Shown: positions 29,492 through 39,761, counted from the stretch's first letter. The stretch: DNA of 64,000 nt from a virus (IMGVR_UViG_3300012956_000019:7375-71374), one strand, 5' to 3'. The notes: generated by a model not told the origin, from the sequence alone. Made by a program: numbers and translations.

Positions 29492-30010
29492 TCAAGACTG
29501 CATAATGTTGGATATCACCCAAACATCTCTGTACATTCCATCCTTGTATGCATACTTTCTCAACACACCATCTATTTCAAATCCACAACTTGTATAATTT
29601 AATACCCTTACATTATCTTCAGGGAACACAAATGCTTGTATCCTGTTGAAATCTATTTCTAAATTTGTAACATTTGTAATTATCCATCTGATTAACTTCT
29701 TGTCATATTTATATGCTTGAAATTGTGGTGCTACAACATAATTAACAGAACATCTTCTGTGTACCAAACTTTCTATATGGTATTGTACATATCCAATCTG
29801 ACATTCTAATTTATCATCATAAGCAATCCATATTTTATGGTTTTCATCTTTACAGTACTCATTTTCATACCAAAATTCCTGTTCCACTCTTGTTATTTGT
29901 TTTGAGTGAAAAAGATTTTTGATGACTTCTGGATGACTTCTGGTTGCTCTCAAAAATTCAAGATTTTGCCATGAGCAACCATCCTTATACAACTGTTTGA
30001 ATCTCAGCAT
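29492..30010 (-). CDS. GNAT N-acetyltransferase, PseH/RimJ-like
   Basis: LEFLRATRSHPEVIKNLF..KQITRVEQEFWY...GFEIDGVLRKY resembles PseH-type sugar N-acetyltransferases. Confidence 0.75.
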   Translation of the reverse strand: MLRFKQLYKDGCSWQNLEFLRATRSHPEVIKNLFHSKQITRVEQEFWYENEYCKDENHKIWIAYDDKLECQIGYVQYHIESLVHRRCSVNYVVAPQFQAYKYDKKLIRWIITNVTNLEIDFNRIQAFVFPEDNVRVLNYTSCGFEIDGVLRKYAYKDGMYRDVWVISNIMQS

Positions 30011-30021
30011 CAGTTAGTTCC

Positions 30022-30609
30022 TTATTGTTTTGGATATATGAAAATAATGCCTCTATTTGCTCCATCAGCTTGTTCATTATAATGATATGAATATCCATCC
30101 AAACCATATATTCTTTCAACATGTTTTTTAATAAATTCAAAAGTGTATTCTGTTCCATCACTGAACTTATCAAATCCAAAATTCTTTCCAGGCACTTTGA
30201 AATCATGAATAGCAATTAAACTATTATTCAACTTGAATTTACTTATAACAGCAAGTTCATCCAATAAAGGATTGTATTTGTGCCAGTGTGCATCAAGATA
30301 AAATAAAATTGGCTTTTCTATCTTGGTGTAAATCCCTTTAATTATTTTTTCCATCTCAACAGGTGAAGTTCCTTTCACAGCAGTGATAGGCAATTTATTT
30401 TTTGAAAAAACTTCAACAGCACCTTTGTAATATGTTTCATTTATTTCTATTGTAAAAACTTTGTTAACAATTTTACAAAATTCCATTGTTGTTCCACCAT
30501 GAAAAGTTCCTGTTTCAACAATTGTTTTAACACCAAACTTTTCTACCAATTTTACAAGTTCACCTTTAATGAAACTATCACCATTGAAACCTCTAATCAC
30601 TTCAGACAT
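30022..30609 (-). CDS. class I SAM-dependent methyltransferase
   Basis: IVETGTFHGGTT...FTIE...FYLDAHW...PLLDEL...IHDF; start at MSEVIRG. Confidence 0.75.
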   Translation of the reverse strand: MSEVIRGFNGDSFIKGELVKLVEKFGVKTIVETGTFHGGTTMEFCKIVNKVFTIEINETYYKGAVEVFSKNKLPITAVKGTSPVEMEKIIKGIYTKIEKPILFYLDAHWHKYNPLLDELAVISKFKLNNSLIAIHDFKVPGKNFGFDKFSDGTEYTFEFIKKHVERIYGLDGYSYHYNEQADGANRGIIFIYPKQ

Positions 30610-31253
30610 ATGTTTGTCCCTTCTTTTATGTTGTACCATTTTCTGTTTAATTTATCTGTGCCCCAATCTTGTTTAATTTCATAATCAAGTTTATTTTTAG
30701 GAACTAATTCATCATCCATTTCTTCATTTAATACAAATATCATATTTGTATTATTATTTTTAACAAGTGTGTATCCTTTTGATTGTCCAAGTTCTAACAA
30801 AGCATCCCAACTTGCACCATAATAAATTGTTTCATCAAATCTGTGGTTTTTATCATAAGGTATTGTCAACAACATTCCTTTTGGTAAAAATCTATTGAAT
30901 TCAACAATAACAACTCTTGGATTGTATTTCAATTCTTTCCATACCCAATAATCATTTCCATCAATATCCATAGACATCAAATCACATCCACCAATCAGCT
31001 CATATTTTTCAAATAATTCATTTATATTTGATGGCATTACCTTTTCCAAATTTACTTCTTTGCTCTTTGGGTCAATATCCCATAGAACACCTGTAAAATC
31101 CCACTGTTCTATGAAGTGTCTGGTGTTAGATAAAGCATATCCATTACCAGCACCAAACTCAACACTCTTTAGATGTTTGAATTTTATTTTATCAAATACA
31201 TCTAACAACATATATTGTTCACCAAACTGACTGTAATCTTTAACTAAATTCAT
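30597..31253 (-). CDS. FkbM-like methyltransferase
   Basis: YSQFGEQ...VEFGAGNG...SNTR...DLMSMDIDGNDYWVW...PRVVIVEFN. Confidence 0.75.
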   Translation of the reverse strand: MNLVKDYSQFGEQYMLLDVFDKIKFKHLKSVEFGAGNGYALSNTRHFIEQWDFTGVLWDIDPKSKEVNLEKVMPSNINELFEKYELIGGCDLMSMDIDGNDYWVWKELKYNPRVVIVEFNRFLPKGMLLTIPYDKNHRFDETIYYGASWDALLELGQSKGYTLVKNNNTNMIFVLNEEMDDELVPKNKLDYEIKQDWGTDKLNRKWYNIKEGTNICLK

Positions 31254-32191
31254 TTGAGTACATCCTTTTTTATTGTTTCAATTCTATTTTTCCATCTGTG
31301 ATTTTTCCACACTTCATTATATCCTTGTTTGGCAATTTCAATTCTTTCAGAATTATTTGACAAATAATAATCTATGTGTTCAATCAGTTCATCTGTTGTC
31401 TTCCACCATACCAGATGTTTTTTATTTTCAAAATCTCTTTCAATTCCATCATAATAATTTACCAAATAAAAACATCCTGATGCCATAACATTGAACAGCC
31501 TATCTGATGTGTAATGATAATTGGCTATATTGTTGATGCCAATAGCTATTTTTGAGCCCTTATAAATTGCTGGTGCTTTAGTCATCTTGACCATAACTGT
31601 TTTTCCACCCCAGCCATTTCCATACAAAGTAAATTTATCACCATATTTTTCAGCCAACAAATCTGATGTTTTCTTTTTCAATTCAGCCATAGGAAAATGT
31701 TTGTAAAAATTAGATAAAAACACAATATCATTTCCAAATTCATCATCTGGTTTGCATGACATTATAGTTTCTTCAAATCCTATTTGGATGTGATAAACAT
31801 TTTTTATTCCTTTTGACTTTAGAATCAAAACTGATTCAGCATCTGAAAATCCAGTGTGAATATTATCAGACAATTTAGCAACATCAAAATACCATTCATC
31901 AAGTGATATTGATACATCACCTGTCCAATTAAAAATAATAACACCAGGCACAATTTTTAATATTCTGCTAATTATTTCTGGTGTTATTATTCCACCCCTC
32001 TGAATTTGCATGAATATAAAATTAGGCTTGTATGATTTAACTGTATCCAATATGTATTGTTCCATTATTGTTTTACCTTTAATTGAAAAAATTTTTCTCC
32101 AATCTAAAGAACAATATTCACCCAATGATTTAATAGCTTTAATCATTGTTGTGTTATATTCAAAATTTAATCCAATGTGTAAAACTTTCAC
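31250..32191 (-). CDS. CgeB-like glycosyltransferase (Glyco_trans_1_2 type)
   Basis: IYKGSKIAIGIN...SDRLFNVMASGCFYL...EIAKQGYNEVWKNHRW. Confidence 0.8.
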   Translation of the reverse strand: MKVLHIGLNFEYNTTMIKAIKSLGEYCSLDWRKIFSIKGKTIMEQYILDTVKSYKPNFIFMQIQRGGIITPEIISRILKIVPGVIIFNWTGDVSISLDEWYFDVAKLSDNIHTGFSDAESVLILKSKGIKNVYHIQIGFEETIMSCKPDDEFGNDIVFLSNFYKHFPMAELKKKTSDLLAEKYGDKFTLYGNGWGGKTVMVKMTKAPAIYKGSKIAIGINNIANYHYTSDRLFNVMASGCFYLVNYYDGIERDFENKKHLVWWKTTDELIEHIDYYLSNNSERIEIAKQGYNEVWKNHRWKNRIETIKKDVLK

Positions 32192-33915
32192 TGGTTCAAT
32201 ACTTTCTGTTTTATTATCTCAATTCTATTTATCCATCTGTGATTTTTCCATATCTCATCATATCCTTGTTGAGCAATCTGTCTTCTTTCCTTAGCATGAT
32301 TCAAATAATAATCAACCTTTTTATCAAGTTCATCTAAATCATGCCACCAATCCAGATGATAACCTTGTTTGAATTGTTCTTCAATCCCTTCATAATAATG
32401 AGCCAAACAGAAACATCTTGAAGCCATTATATTGAATAATCTATCTGATGTGTATTTATAAGCATTTATATTGTTAATTGACAATGCTATTTTAGCACCT
32501 CTGTATATATGGGTGGAATATGATTTTGGAATGTGTTTAACACCATTCAATATTGTATCCCAACCAGTTCCATATACCTGAAATTTATCAACATATCTAA
32601 ATTTCATTTTTGCTATGACATTTTTTCTTAGTTCTGTTAATTCAAATCTGTCACCATAGTTAGTTCCTATAAAAACAATACTTGGCATATGAATTCTTTT
32701 TGATTCAGCTACATTGAAAATACCTTCTTCAAATGACATTGGCATATAAAATGAATTGCTATAACCTAAATTCAACAATGTATTAACATCTCTATAATTT
32801 GTGAATGATGTATATATGTTGTTGAATGAAGCCAAATCAATCATCCACTTTGGTGTTTCATCCCTTATATCACCACACCAATTTATTATTTTTATTTCTG
32901 GTGCAATTATATTGATGTGTTGAATTAGTTCCTTTGTTATTATATCTGGCCTCTGTATCTGCATAAATATCAAATCAATGTCATATTCATTTATTGTTTC
33001 CAATATTTTTCTATACAACATCTGTAAATTTCCATACTCAAGCTCATTTCTCCAGTCAATCAAGAAATAATTTCCAAGTGTGGATAGTGCTTTGACTAAT
33101 GTTTTTTGATATTCTGTGTTCAGTCCAATATGTAAAATAGATTTTTCACCAACAGCCTTGATTCTTTTATGTATCCTAAAATTGCCTAATAATGATGGTG
33201 TAACAAGTTGATATGGTGGTGGCACCCTTTGTACTATTCCTTTGTTTACATAATTTCTAACACCAGTATTGTGTAGATGCATTGATTTTATAGACAAAGA
33301 TGGATTTAACAGCTTGTATCCTGATGTGTGAAATTCATGAGCAATTTTATTATCACACCCAGCAACACCCATGTAAAAATTACCACCTTGAAATTTTGAA
33401 ATTTTACCTCTAAATGCCCAAACATCTTGGCTGTCTTTCCTATTGTGGAATTGTAATTCACCATTGGTTAAAACATTCCATCTTGTAAGACAATAAACAG
33501 TTTTGTTATCAAGTGTTGGTTCAATAAATCTTATTGTATCATCAAAATAAATATCTGTATTTGCTAAAATGTTTATGTCTGAATCACCACTTACACTATT
33601 TATGATTTCAAAAATATCCTTGTATTTCAATCTTTCATTAACAGATATAAATTTGAATTTATTAGAATATTTGTCAATGTTTAATGGTGAACTATGCTCA
33701 CACAATACATAAATATTTGTTATGTGGCTATTAAGAAAATTGTTGTTCAAACAATATTCATATTCCTTTAATCTTTCAGAATTATTTTCACCATACCAAC
33801 AAATAAAAAGATTTACAACACTATCAAATTCAAATGATATTTCATTTATCTTTTTTGATTCTTGATTTAGAATTGTTTTTGATTGATTTTTCAGATTTTG
33901 TAGTGTTTCTTGCAT
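32188..33915 (-). CDS. two-domain glycosyltransferase (GT-A-like + CgeB-like)
   Basis: N-terminal ANTDIYFD...CLTRWN...SQDVWAF...GCDNKIA domain; C-terminal half paralogous to 31250..32191. Confidence 0.75.
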   Translation of the reverse strand: MQETLQNLKNQSKTILNQESKKINEISFEFDSVVNLFICWYGENNSERLKEYEYCLNNNFLNSHITNIYVLCEHSSPLNIDKYSNKFKFISVNERLKYKDIFEIINSVSGDSDINILANTDIYFDDTIRFIEPTLDNKTVYCLTRWNVLTNGELQFHNRKDSQDVWAFRGKISKFQGGNFYMGVAGCDNKIAHEFHTSGYKLLNPSLSIKSMHLHNTGVRNYVNKGIVQRVPPPYQLVTPSLLGNFRIHKRIKAVGEKSILHIGLNTEYQKTLVKALSTLGNYFLIDWRNELEYGNLQMLYRKILETINEYDIDLIFMQIQRPDIITKELIQHINIIAPEIKIINWCGDIRDETPKWMIDLASFNNIYTSFTNYRDVNTLLNLGYSNSFYMPMSFEEGIFNVAESKRIHMPSIVFIGTNYGDRFELTELRKNVIAKMKFRYVDKFQVYGTGWDTILNGVKHIPKSYSTHIYRGAKIALSINNINAYKYTSDRLFNIMASRCFCLAHYYEGIEEQFKQGYHLDWWHDLDELDKKVDYYLNHAKERRQIAQQGYDEIWKNHRWINRIEIIKQKVLNQ

Positions 33916-34099
33916 TTCTGATAACCTTCTTTTCAGCTTGTGATTTTTTAACCATTGATATATTGTCTGTTGTTAATACAACTTTTTTAGCCATAACAAA
34001 ACTATCTTTATTTTCAACAAGTTCTGGCTCAGTGGCTTTTGATTCAGCCATCTTTACAGCTTGATTTAATATTAGCTTTGTGGTGTTAATTGTTCCCAT
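33842..34099 (-). CDS. small basic hypothetical protein
   Basis: 85 aa Lys-rich ORF with GGAATAG upstream; overlaps the next gene. Confidence 0.45.
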   Translation of the reverse strand: MGTINTTKLILNQAVKMAESKATEPELVENKDSFVMAKKVVLTTDNISMVKKSQAEKKVIRNARNTTKSEKSIKNNSKSRIKKDK

Positions 34100-34104
34100 G
34101 TGTT

Positions 34105-36243
34105 CTATTCCTTTTTTAATTGTCTAATGTCTTCAAATTCTTTATATGGATGGTCACTTAATACTCTTGGTAATACACCACCAAATGGTTCATCCCAACT
34201 TTTAACTTTTTGTGTTGGTTGTGTTGGCATTCCCTTCTGCCAACCAGAAACTGTATCTGTTACAAAAGTTTCTATGCCTCTATTTTTGTAATATTTTATT
34301 TTATTTTGAAGTGTATCAATTTTCCTAACATATCCAAAATGATATATGCAATCACCAACATATGGATGTTCAGTGACATATGGTTCACCAACTTTCTGTC
34401 CATCTTTATTCAAGTTGTTAAAGAAATTAAATGATTTCAGATGTCTGAATCCTGTATTCCATCTCCATACTCTTGGGTGTTGTGTACTCCATTTGCCACC
34501 AGCATCCTTTGCAACTGTTTTGAAATTCAACCAAAAATGATTAAATGGCATCCTGACAATGCTTATCTGTTTATTATTTTCCATCATATTTATTACATCA
34601 ACCAATGTCTCTGGTTTCCAAATTTCATCATGGTCAACTTTAACATAATAATCACCAGTGACTCTTTTGGCTATCTCATTTTGCATTTCAATTTTATCAT
34701 TCCAAAATTTACCTTTTTTTGATTGTACAAATTCTATCTTGTTCAATACATCAAATTGTTTTAGCTTTTCAACAATTTTTATTGTTTCATCTGTGCTATT
34801 TGGTTTGATAGCATATCCCTTTACAGCACCTTCAACAATTATAATTTGATTAACAACACTGTAAATAGATTTAACAGCATATTCAAGATAGTCAGCACCA
34901 TTGTAAACTATTATTCCAGCTGATATCTTAGGAATTTTGAAAACACTTAATAATGAATTTGTAGCATTGCCAATTAAACTAAATGACCCACCATTGCTGA
35001 CCCAATCAATTTGCTCCATAGATTGGTTGCCCTCACATATTTGTTTAATGGCTTGTATAAATTTACTCACATTGCCAGATTCAACATATTGGATGGAATT
35101 TTTGTACACTTCTTTTAACACAGGCAATTCATAAGCTATAACTGGAACACCACAATACAATGCTTCCATTGGTGGCATACCAAATCCCTCAAATGTTGTT
35201 GGAAACACCAACACACTTGCTTTGGCTATTATTCTAAATTTTTCTTCATCTGATATCTTACCATGTGTTGTAATACTAACATTATCTAATTTGTTTATGT
35301 AATCAAGTTCATCTTTCCAAATTTTACCTATTATGTCAAAATGATATTTATCATTTGAAAATTTCTTTAATACAGGAATGAGTGTTTTGAATGGTGTCAT
35401 TCTGGAAATGTAAACAACATTGTATTTATTATTGGTTGCTAAATCATGATTGCTTAATACCTTATCAGCCACAATCTGATTTATACATGGATAAATTACA
35501 TACACATCCTTGTCTGGATTTAATTTCCAAACTCTCTCATCATCTTTCATCCATTCAATCAAGTGTTTTTTACTTTCTTGGCTGATTGTTATTATCTTAT
35601 CTGCTTGAAATAAACACCCTTTATAACTTGCCCAAAATTCATTGCTGGCATCTACACCATCCCTCATTGTTTGAATCCAATTTGGTGTTTCAAATATAAT
35701 CAAATACAATGGCAACATGTATCTCTTGGCATATTCAGTGGCATGTAATCCACCTGTCACTGGACATCCTACAATCAAATCAAATTTGTTATCTGAATTA
35801 TCACCCAAGTATGTTGGTGTAGTGATGATTTCAAAATTATCATTGTAATAATCTTTGAAGTCATTATAAAATGGTGGTTTGTCATTTGTTACAACTGTTA
35901 CTTTGGTATATTGAGAAAGTAACACAGCTTGGTGAAAAATAGAATATCTGCCACCAGTGTAATGTGGCATGTGTTCTATGAAAAATGCTATGTGCTTAAA
36001 TGATTTGAGTGTATTATATGTTGGTTGTGTTATAGTCTTGTTTTTATTCATCAACAATGGTGATAGTGAAATAAGGATTGCTGATGTAATTTCATGTGAT
36101 GTGGATTTATCAATAAAAGATTTACTGATTGTGATATTGACTTCAGTTTCTGTATGAGCTATCTTGAAAGATGGTGTGTCTGATGATATATTCTTTGAAT
36201 CAACTTTATGTTGTTGTTGGTTCAAAATAAGTTTGCCTGTCAT
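34105..36243 (-). CDS. GT4-GT2 fusion glycosyltransferase
   Basis: GT4 motif FEGFGMPPMEALYCGVPVI; GT2 ISAGIIVYNG...YVKVDHDE. Confidence 0.88.
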   Translation of the reverse strand: MTGKLILNQQQHKVDSKNISSDTPSFKIAHTETEVNITISKSFIDKSTSHEITSAILISLSPLLMNKNKTITQPTYNTLKSFKHIAFFIEHMPHYTGGRYSIFHQAVLLSQYTKVTVVTNDKPPFYNDFKDYYNDNFEIITTPTYLGDNSDNKFDLIVGCPVTGGLHATEYAKRYMLPLYLIIFETPNWIQTMRDGVDASNEFWASYKGCLFQADKIITISQESKKHLIEWMKDDERVWKLNPDKDVYVIYPCINQIVADKVLSNHDLATNNKYNVVYISRMTPFKTLIPVLKKFSNDKYHFDIIGKIWKDELDYINKLDNVSITTHGKISDEEKFRIIAKASVLVFPTTFEGFGMPPMEALYCGVPVIAYELPVLKEVYKNSIQYVESGNVSKFIQAIKQICEGNQSMEQIDWVSNGGSFSLIGNATNSLLSVFKIPKISAGIIVYNGADYLEYAVKSIYSVVNQIIIVEGAVKGYAIKPNSTDETIKIVEKLKQFDVLNKIEFVQSKKGKFWNDKIEMQNEIAKRVTGDYYVKVDHDEIWKPETLVDVINMMENNKQISIVRMPFNHFWLNFKTVAKDAGGKWSTQHPRVWRWNTGFRHLKSFNFFNNLNKDGQKVGEPYVTEHPYVGDCIYHFGYVRKIDTLQNKIKYYKNRGIETFVTDTVSGWQKGMPTQPTQKVKSWDEPFGGVLPRVLSDHPYKEFEDIRQLKKE

Positions 36244-36252
36244 TTTGAAATC

Positions 36253-36369
36253 CTATTTTTTTTTGTTGTCTGCTGGTTGTACTTTTTGTTTATTTTCTAC
36301 TGTTGTAAAAACTTCTTTGAATCCTTTTGTTTTTTCATTTAACTTTTTTTTGACAATTACTTTTTTCAT
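36253..36369 (-). CDS. small Lys-rich protein (38 aa)
   Basis: Manually translated MKKVIVKKKLNEKTKGF...; ATGA overlap with upstream stop; ends in TAG. Confidence 0.45.
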   Translation of the reverse strand: MKKVIVKKKLNEKTKGFKEVFTTVENKQKVQPADNKKK

Positions 36370-37049
36370 TTGAACCAATTCATTATCCAATTAAACATGT
36401 CTGTGAATGAGTGTATCCCTAATGTTGTCATTACATAAAGGAATAAAATAACAGCACTTAATCCACCAATAAATAAAGTTCTAAGTGGTTTTGTTTCATA
36501 TTGTTTTCTAATCCAACCAAATATAGTCTTTTCTGCTATGAATTCCATTTTAGCAATAATTAAATCATGTTGTGTGGCTTGATATATTTTATAATCATCT
36601 AAAACACTGTGTTGTGCTTCTTGTTTTTGTGTAATATTTTCAAGTGATTTAGCTATCTTTTCAAATTTGTGATTAACTATTTGGTGTACAACTTTAGATG
36701 CTATGTCAGGAACTTTATCCACTTGACAAGAAATTTCATGTGTTGCAAATTCTTCAAATTTAATTTTTGTCTCAGAAACTCTTTTTTCAACTTCAACAAT
36801 TCTGTCATCAAGTTGAACACTCAATTTATCAAACATCTTAGCAATTTTGTGAACATTTTTTCTAATATAAAAAGCATCCAATTGACTCATATTAGCTTTT
36901 TCAAGTTGTTGTAATACAGCCATTGGTATTTGTTCATTGTTATAATCAATTGAAATTTCTTTACCATCAACAATGTATTTTCCTTCTTCAGTCCAACACA
37001 TCACATCATCCTTTTTATTGATGATAACATTCCCTTTTTTATTTTCCAT
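36366..37049 (-). CDS. coiled-coil protein with C-terminal transmembrane segment
   Basis: LFIGGLSAVILFLYVMTTLGI near C-terminus. Confidence 0.65.
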   Translation of the reverse strand: MENKKGNVIINKKDDVMCWTEEGKYIVDGKEISIDYNNEQIPMAVLQQLEKANMSQLDAFYIRKNVHKIAKMFDKLSVQLDDRIVEVEKRVSETKIKFEEFATHEISCQVDKVPDIASKVVHQIVNHKFEKIAKSLENITQKQEAQHSVLDDYKIYQATQHDLIIAKMEFIAEKTIFGWIRKQYETKPLRTLFIGGLSAVILFLYVMTTLGIHSFTDMFNWIMNWFK

Positions 37050-37102
37050 ACAATATTTTTACCATTGGTGTTTATATTATGCTTCATATTATTCAATAAT
37101 TA

Positions 37103-37130
37103 AAGCCAGACAATGTTAGTTGCCTGGCTT
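37103..37130 (-). terminator. terminator after major capsid gene
   Basis: AAGCCAGGCAA/TTGTCTGGCTT stem on minus strand, AT-rich tail. Confidence 0.7.
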
Positions 37131-37150
37131 ATAATAAAAATCAACAACAA

Positions 37151-38146
37151 TTAGCTTGCTGTGGATGGTGTATCAAGATTGTACAGCTGGCACAAAGCAC
37201 CTTTGTACATTACAGTGAAATCCATTCTTTCTGTAATGACATAAATCTTTGTGTCTTCCTGAATGTAGTCATCCTGTTTGATTCTGACCCTTCTTCTGTC
37301 ACCAATAACAGGATTGCTCTTGTGGGTTAAAACACCATAACCATCAGTACAATAAGCACTGTTGATTACAGCAACTTTACCATATAGCTTTCCAAACTCA
37401 CCAGTGAATATGGTAGCATTTGGGCCATATTTTTCAAGTGTAACAAGTTTGCTATCATCAAGCAACTGATTTGCTGACCATGGATTAAGAATGAGAACTA
37501 AATTGCTCATCACTCTGCCATACTTTCCTAAGTTAAACATTGCCTGTCTAACTAAGGCAGTGGCCATATCTGCACCACTTGCATTGACTCTGTTTGCTGC
37601 TCTTGTGTCCAAAGCTATGGAACCAGCAATGTCACCTGAAAGTGTTAGCAAGCCATTGAAAGCAAATCTGTGGTCTTTGGTGTACCATGTTACATCAGTG
37701 GCATTTGCTTCAACTGCTGTTGAAGGTGAGTGAGCTGTATCACCCTGAATCATTGCTTCCTCTTCTGCTGCAGCAAGTGTTGCAGCAAAATGCTCTCTGA
37801 TGATTGACTGCATGTCATTCTGAGCATCTTCAAGAACTTCTTCACTGGCATCCATTCTTGACATGAATTTTTTAGCTTCCAATCTGATTGTACCAGTGTT
37901 AAGATTGGTTGAATTTGCAGCACCACCTTCTGTTGACTGATAGTACACTTTTGTTCCACCTAAGATTTTTGGATAATCTCTTGTTTTTGTGGCCATAGGA
38001 ACAACTGTGAATGCCTGTCTCAAGAAGTTTTGGTCATACACATGGTTGATGAATTCTGTTGCCAATGGTGTTGGTAAAAAATCACCACCTGCTCCAGCTG
38101 ATGTGGATAATGCTTTTTTAATAGCATCATTTAATGATTTACTCAT
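37151..38146 (-). CDS. major capsid protein (HK97 fold)
   Basis: GGDFLPTPLATEFI...SEEVLED...EEEAMIQGD...GKLYGKVAVINS...ERMDF. Confidence 0.92.
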   Translation of the reverse strand: MSKSLNDAIKKALSTSAGAGGDFLPTPLATEFINHVYDQNFLRQAFTVVPMATKTRDYPKILGGTKVYYQSTEGGAANSTNLNTGTIRLEAKKFMSRMDASEEVLEDAQNDMQSIIREHFAATLAAAEEEAMIQGDTAHSPSTAVEANATDVTWYTKDHRFAFNGLLTLSGDIAGSIALDTRAANRVNASGADMATALVRQAMFNLGKYGRVMSNLVLILNPWSANQLLDDSKLVTLEKYGPNATIFTGEFGKLYGKVAVINSAYCTDGYGVLTHKSNPVIGDRRRVRIKQDDYIQEDTKIYVITERMDFTVMYKGALCQLYNLDTPSTAS

Positions 38147-38238
38147 TTTGTCTCCAATAATTTAATGAATTTATTTTTGTTTAATTTACTTTTCAAAATA
38201 CCTAAGAACAATGAACTATGAACTATGAACTATGGCAA

Positions 38239-38817
38239 TTAACTTTTGCCTGGAAAAATAACTGATTTGAAGTAATGGTCAAGTGCTTCTTTTTTCTGGT
38301 CTTTGTCTAATGAATTCAACTCTTTAGTTAATTCATCAACATCTTCATCCTCTTCATCATCACCAGAAACTTTTTTGCTGAAATTTTCATCTTCAACAAC
38401 AGTTCCTTTTTTCTTTTCTTTAATAACAAAATCAACATCAACATTTTCAGGGTCAATGCCCATTGATTTAACAAGTTCCACCATACCTGCTTTAATATCA
38501 GCTTGTTTCTTGGCCAATTCTTCAGCAGTCTTTTCATCTGATGGTTTTTCATTGAGTTTTTTGGTCAACTCTTCAACCTTTTTGGACAAATCAGAAATTG
38601 ATTTTGTCACTTCTGTTTCACCAGGTGTAGGTGTTGGTTCAGCAGGTGTTTCAGACACCACTGGTTTTTCACCTTCTGCTGGTTTGGTAGTTTCAGCTGG
38701 GTCACCATCTGCTGGTTTCTCTTTTATCTCTTTGATAACAGCATCAGCAATCTCAGTCAACTTTCCTGTAAGTGCTTTGACAATCTCATCTTTTGTTTTA
38801 CTCATTTTGTACTCCAT
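38239..38817 (-). CDS. putative scaffolding protein
   Basis: Acidic, low-complexity, coiled-coil; between protease and capsid genes. Confidence 0.6.
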   Translation of the reverse strand: MEYKMSKTKDEIVKALTGKLTEIADAVIKEIKEKPADGDPAETTKPAEGEKPVVSETPAEPTPTPGETEVTKSISDLSKKVEELTKKLNEKPSDEKTAEELAKKQADIKAGMVELVKSMGIDPENVDVDFVIKEKKKGTVVEDENFSKKVSGDDEEDEDVDELTKELNSLDKDQKKEALDHYFKSVIFPGKS

Positions 38818-38855
38818 TGTTTTATGAATTTATTTAATTAATGCTAACTTCTTTT

Positions 38856-39761
38856 TCAACCTTCAGCTGGGATGCCTAATTGTTCTTCAATTGTAGCAGT
38901 CAGTTCAGCTATCTCTGAAGCCAATTGTTCAATCTTTACAGCAAATTCATTTGCTACACCCAAAATCTTTTCTTTCTTTTGTGTTGGTGTTAAATCTGAA
39001 CTTTCAACTATTGAATACAATGTTTCCCTGAAGGCATAAAATATATCCCACATTTCATCTTTCACCTTGTTGGTTTGAACCATCTCATCTAATGTTTTGG
39101 TGAACTTCTTAACAAGGTTATCATCCACTGAATCAACATCTGTGGTGGTAGTTGAGTCAGTTTCTTTTTTTAGTTGTTCTTGAATTTCTGGCTGTGTGAA
39201 TAAATCACTGAGTGATTTTCTGATTGGTACTGTCCATGTGTCAACACCAGCAGGCATGGCTGTTAAGCTGACTTCATATATTTCACCATCTTCAATTTCT
39301 GTTATTGTTTTCTTTAACTGTTCATCAAAATATTTACTGGCTTTGGTTATTCTGCCACCAATGCTGTATCCTATTTTTGTGCCATGTTTAATTTTGTTTA
39401 GAATAGATTTAACAAGTGGATTGTCATCTTCATTTTCCAATGCTGTATCAACTACAACTGCATCACCATCATCAATTACTTCATCAATATAACCAACTGT
39501 TTTTTCAATAGAATGTTCATGTTCAGCAAATACATTTAAGCCTTGAACTGTTGATTTTATTTTATCAACAAATGCTTTGCTCATCCTCTCATCTTCTTTA
39601 TCTATTTGAGTGTTGGTTGCTGTGCCTCTCAAATATTTAACTTTGACACCATTGCTAATTTCTTTTTCAAATATCTCTATGTGTCCATTTTTTTGATTCA
39701 ATGGAATCAATGCTTTGAAAAATCCCTTATCTTTGGTGTTGTTGGCAATTGATTGTTTCAT
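38856..39761 (-). CDS. HK97-family prohead protease
   Basis: LRGTAT...FAEHEH...GYSIGG...YEVSLTAMPA catalytic motifs. Confidence 0.88.
   Translation of the reverse strand: MKQSIANNTKDKGFFKALIPLNQKNGHIEIFEKEISNGVKVKYLRGTATNTQIDKEDERMSKAFVDKIKSTVQGLNVFAEHEHSIEKTVGYIDEVIDDGDAVVVDTALENEDDNPLVKSILNKIKHGTKIGYSIGGRITKASKYFDEQLKKTITEIEDGEIYEVSLTAMPAGVDTWTVPIRKSLSDLFTQPEIQEQLKKETDSTTTTDVDSVDDNLVKKFTKTLDEMVQTNKVKDEMWDIFYAFRETLYSIVESSDLTPTQKKEKILGVANEFAVKIEQLASEIAELTATIEEQLGIPAEG

Noticed and set aside
36241-36369. TAG readthrough fusing the 38-aa ORF to the GT4-GT2 gene
   Set aside because: In frame, but the TAG is part of the AGGA ribosome-binding site for ATG 36243; a one-in-three coincidence.
38211-38234. 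ATGAACT x3 tandem between scaffold and capsid genes
   Set aside because: Short microsatellite with no further structure or evidence of function.
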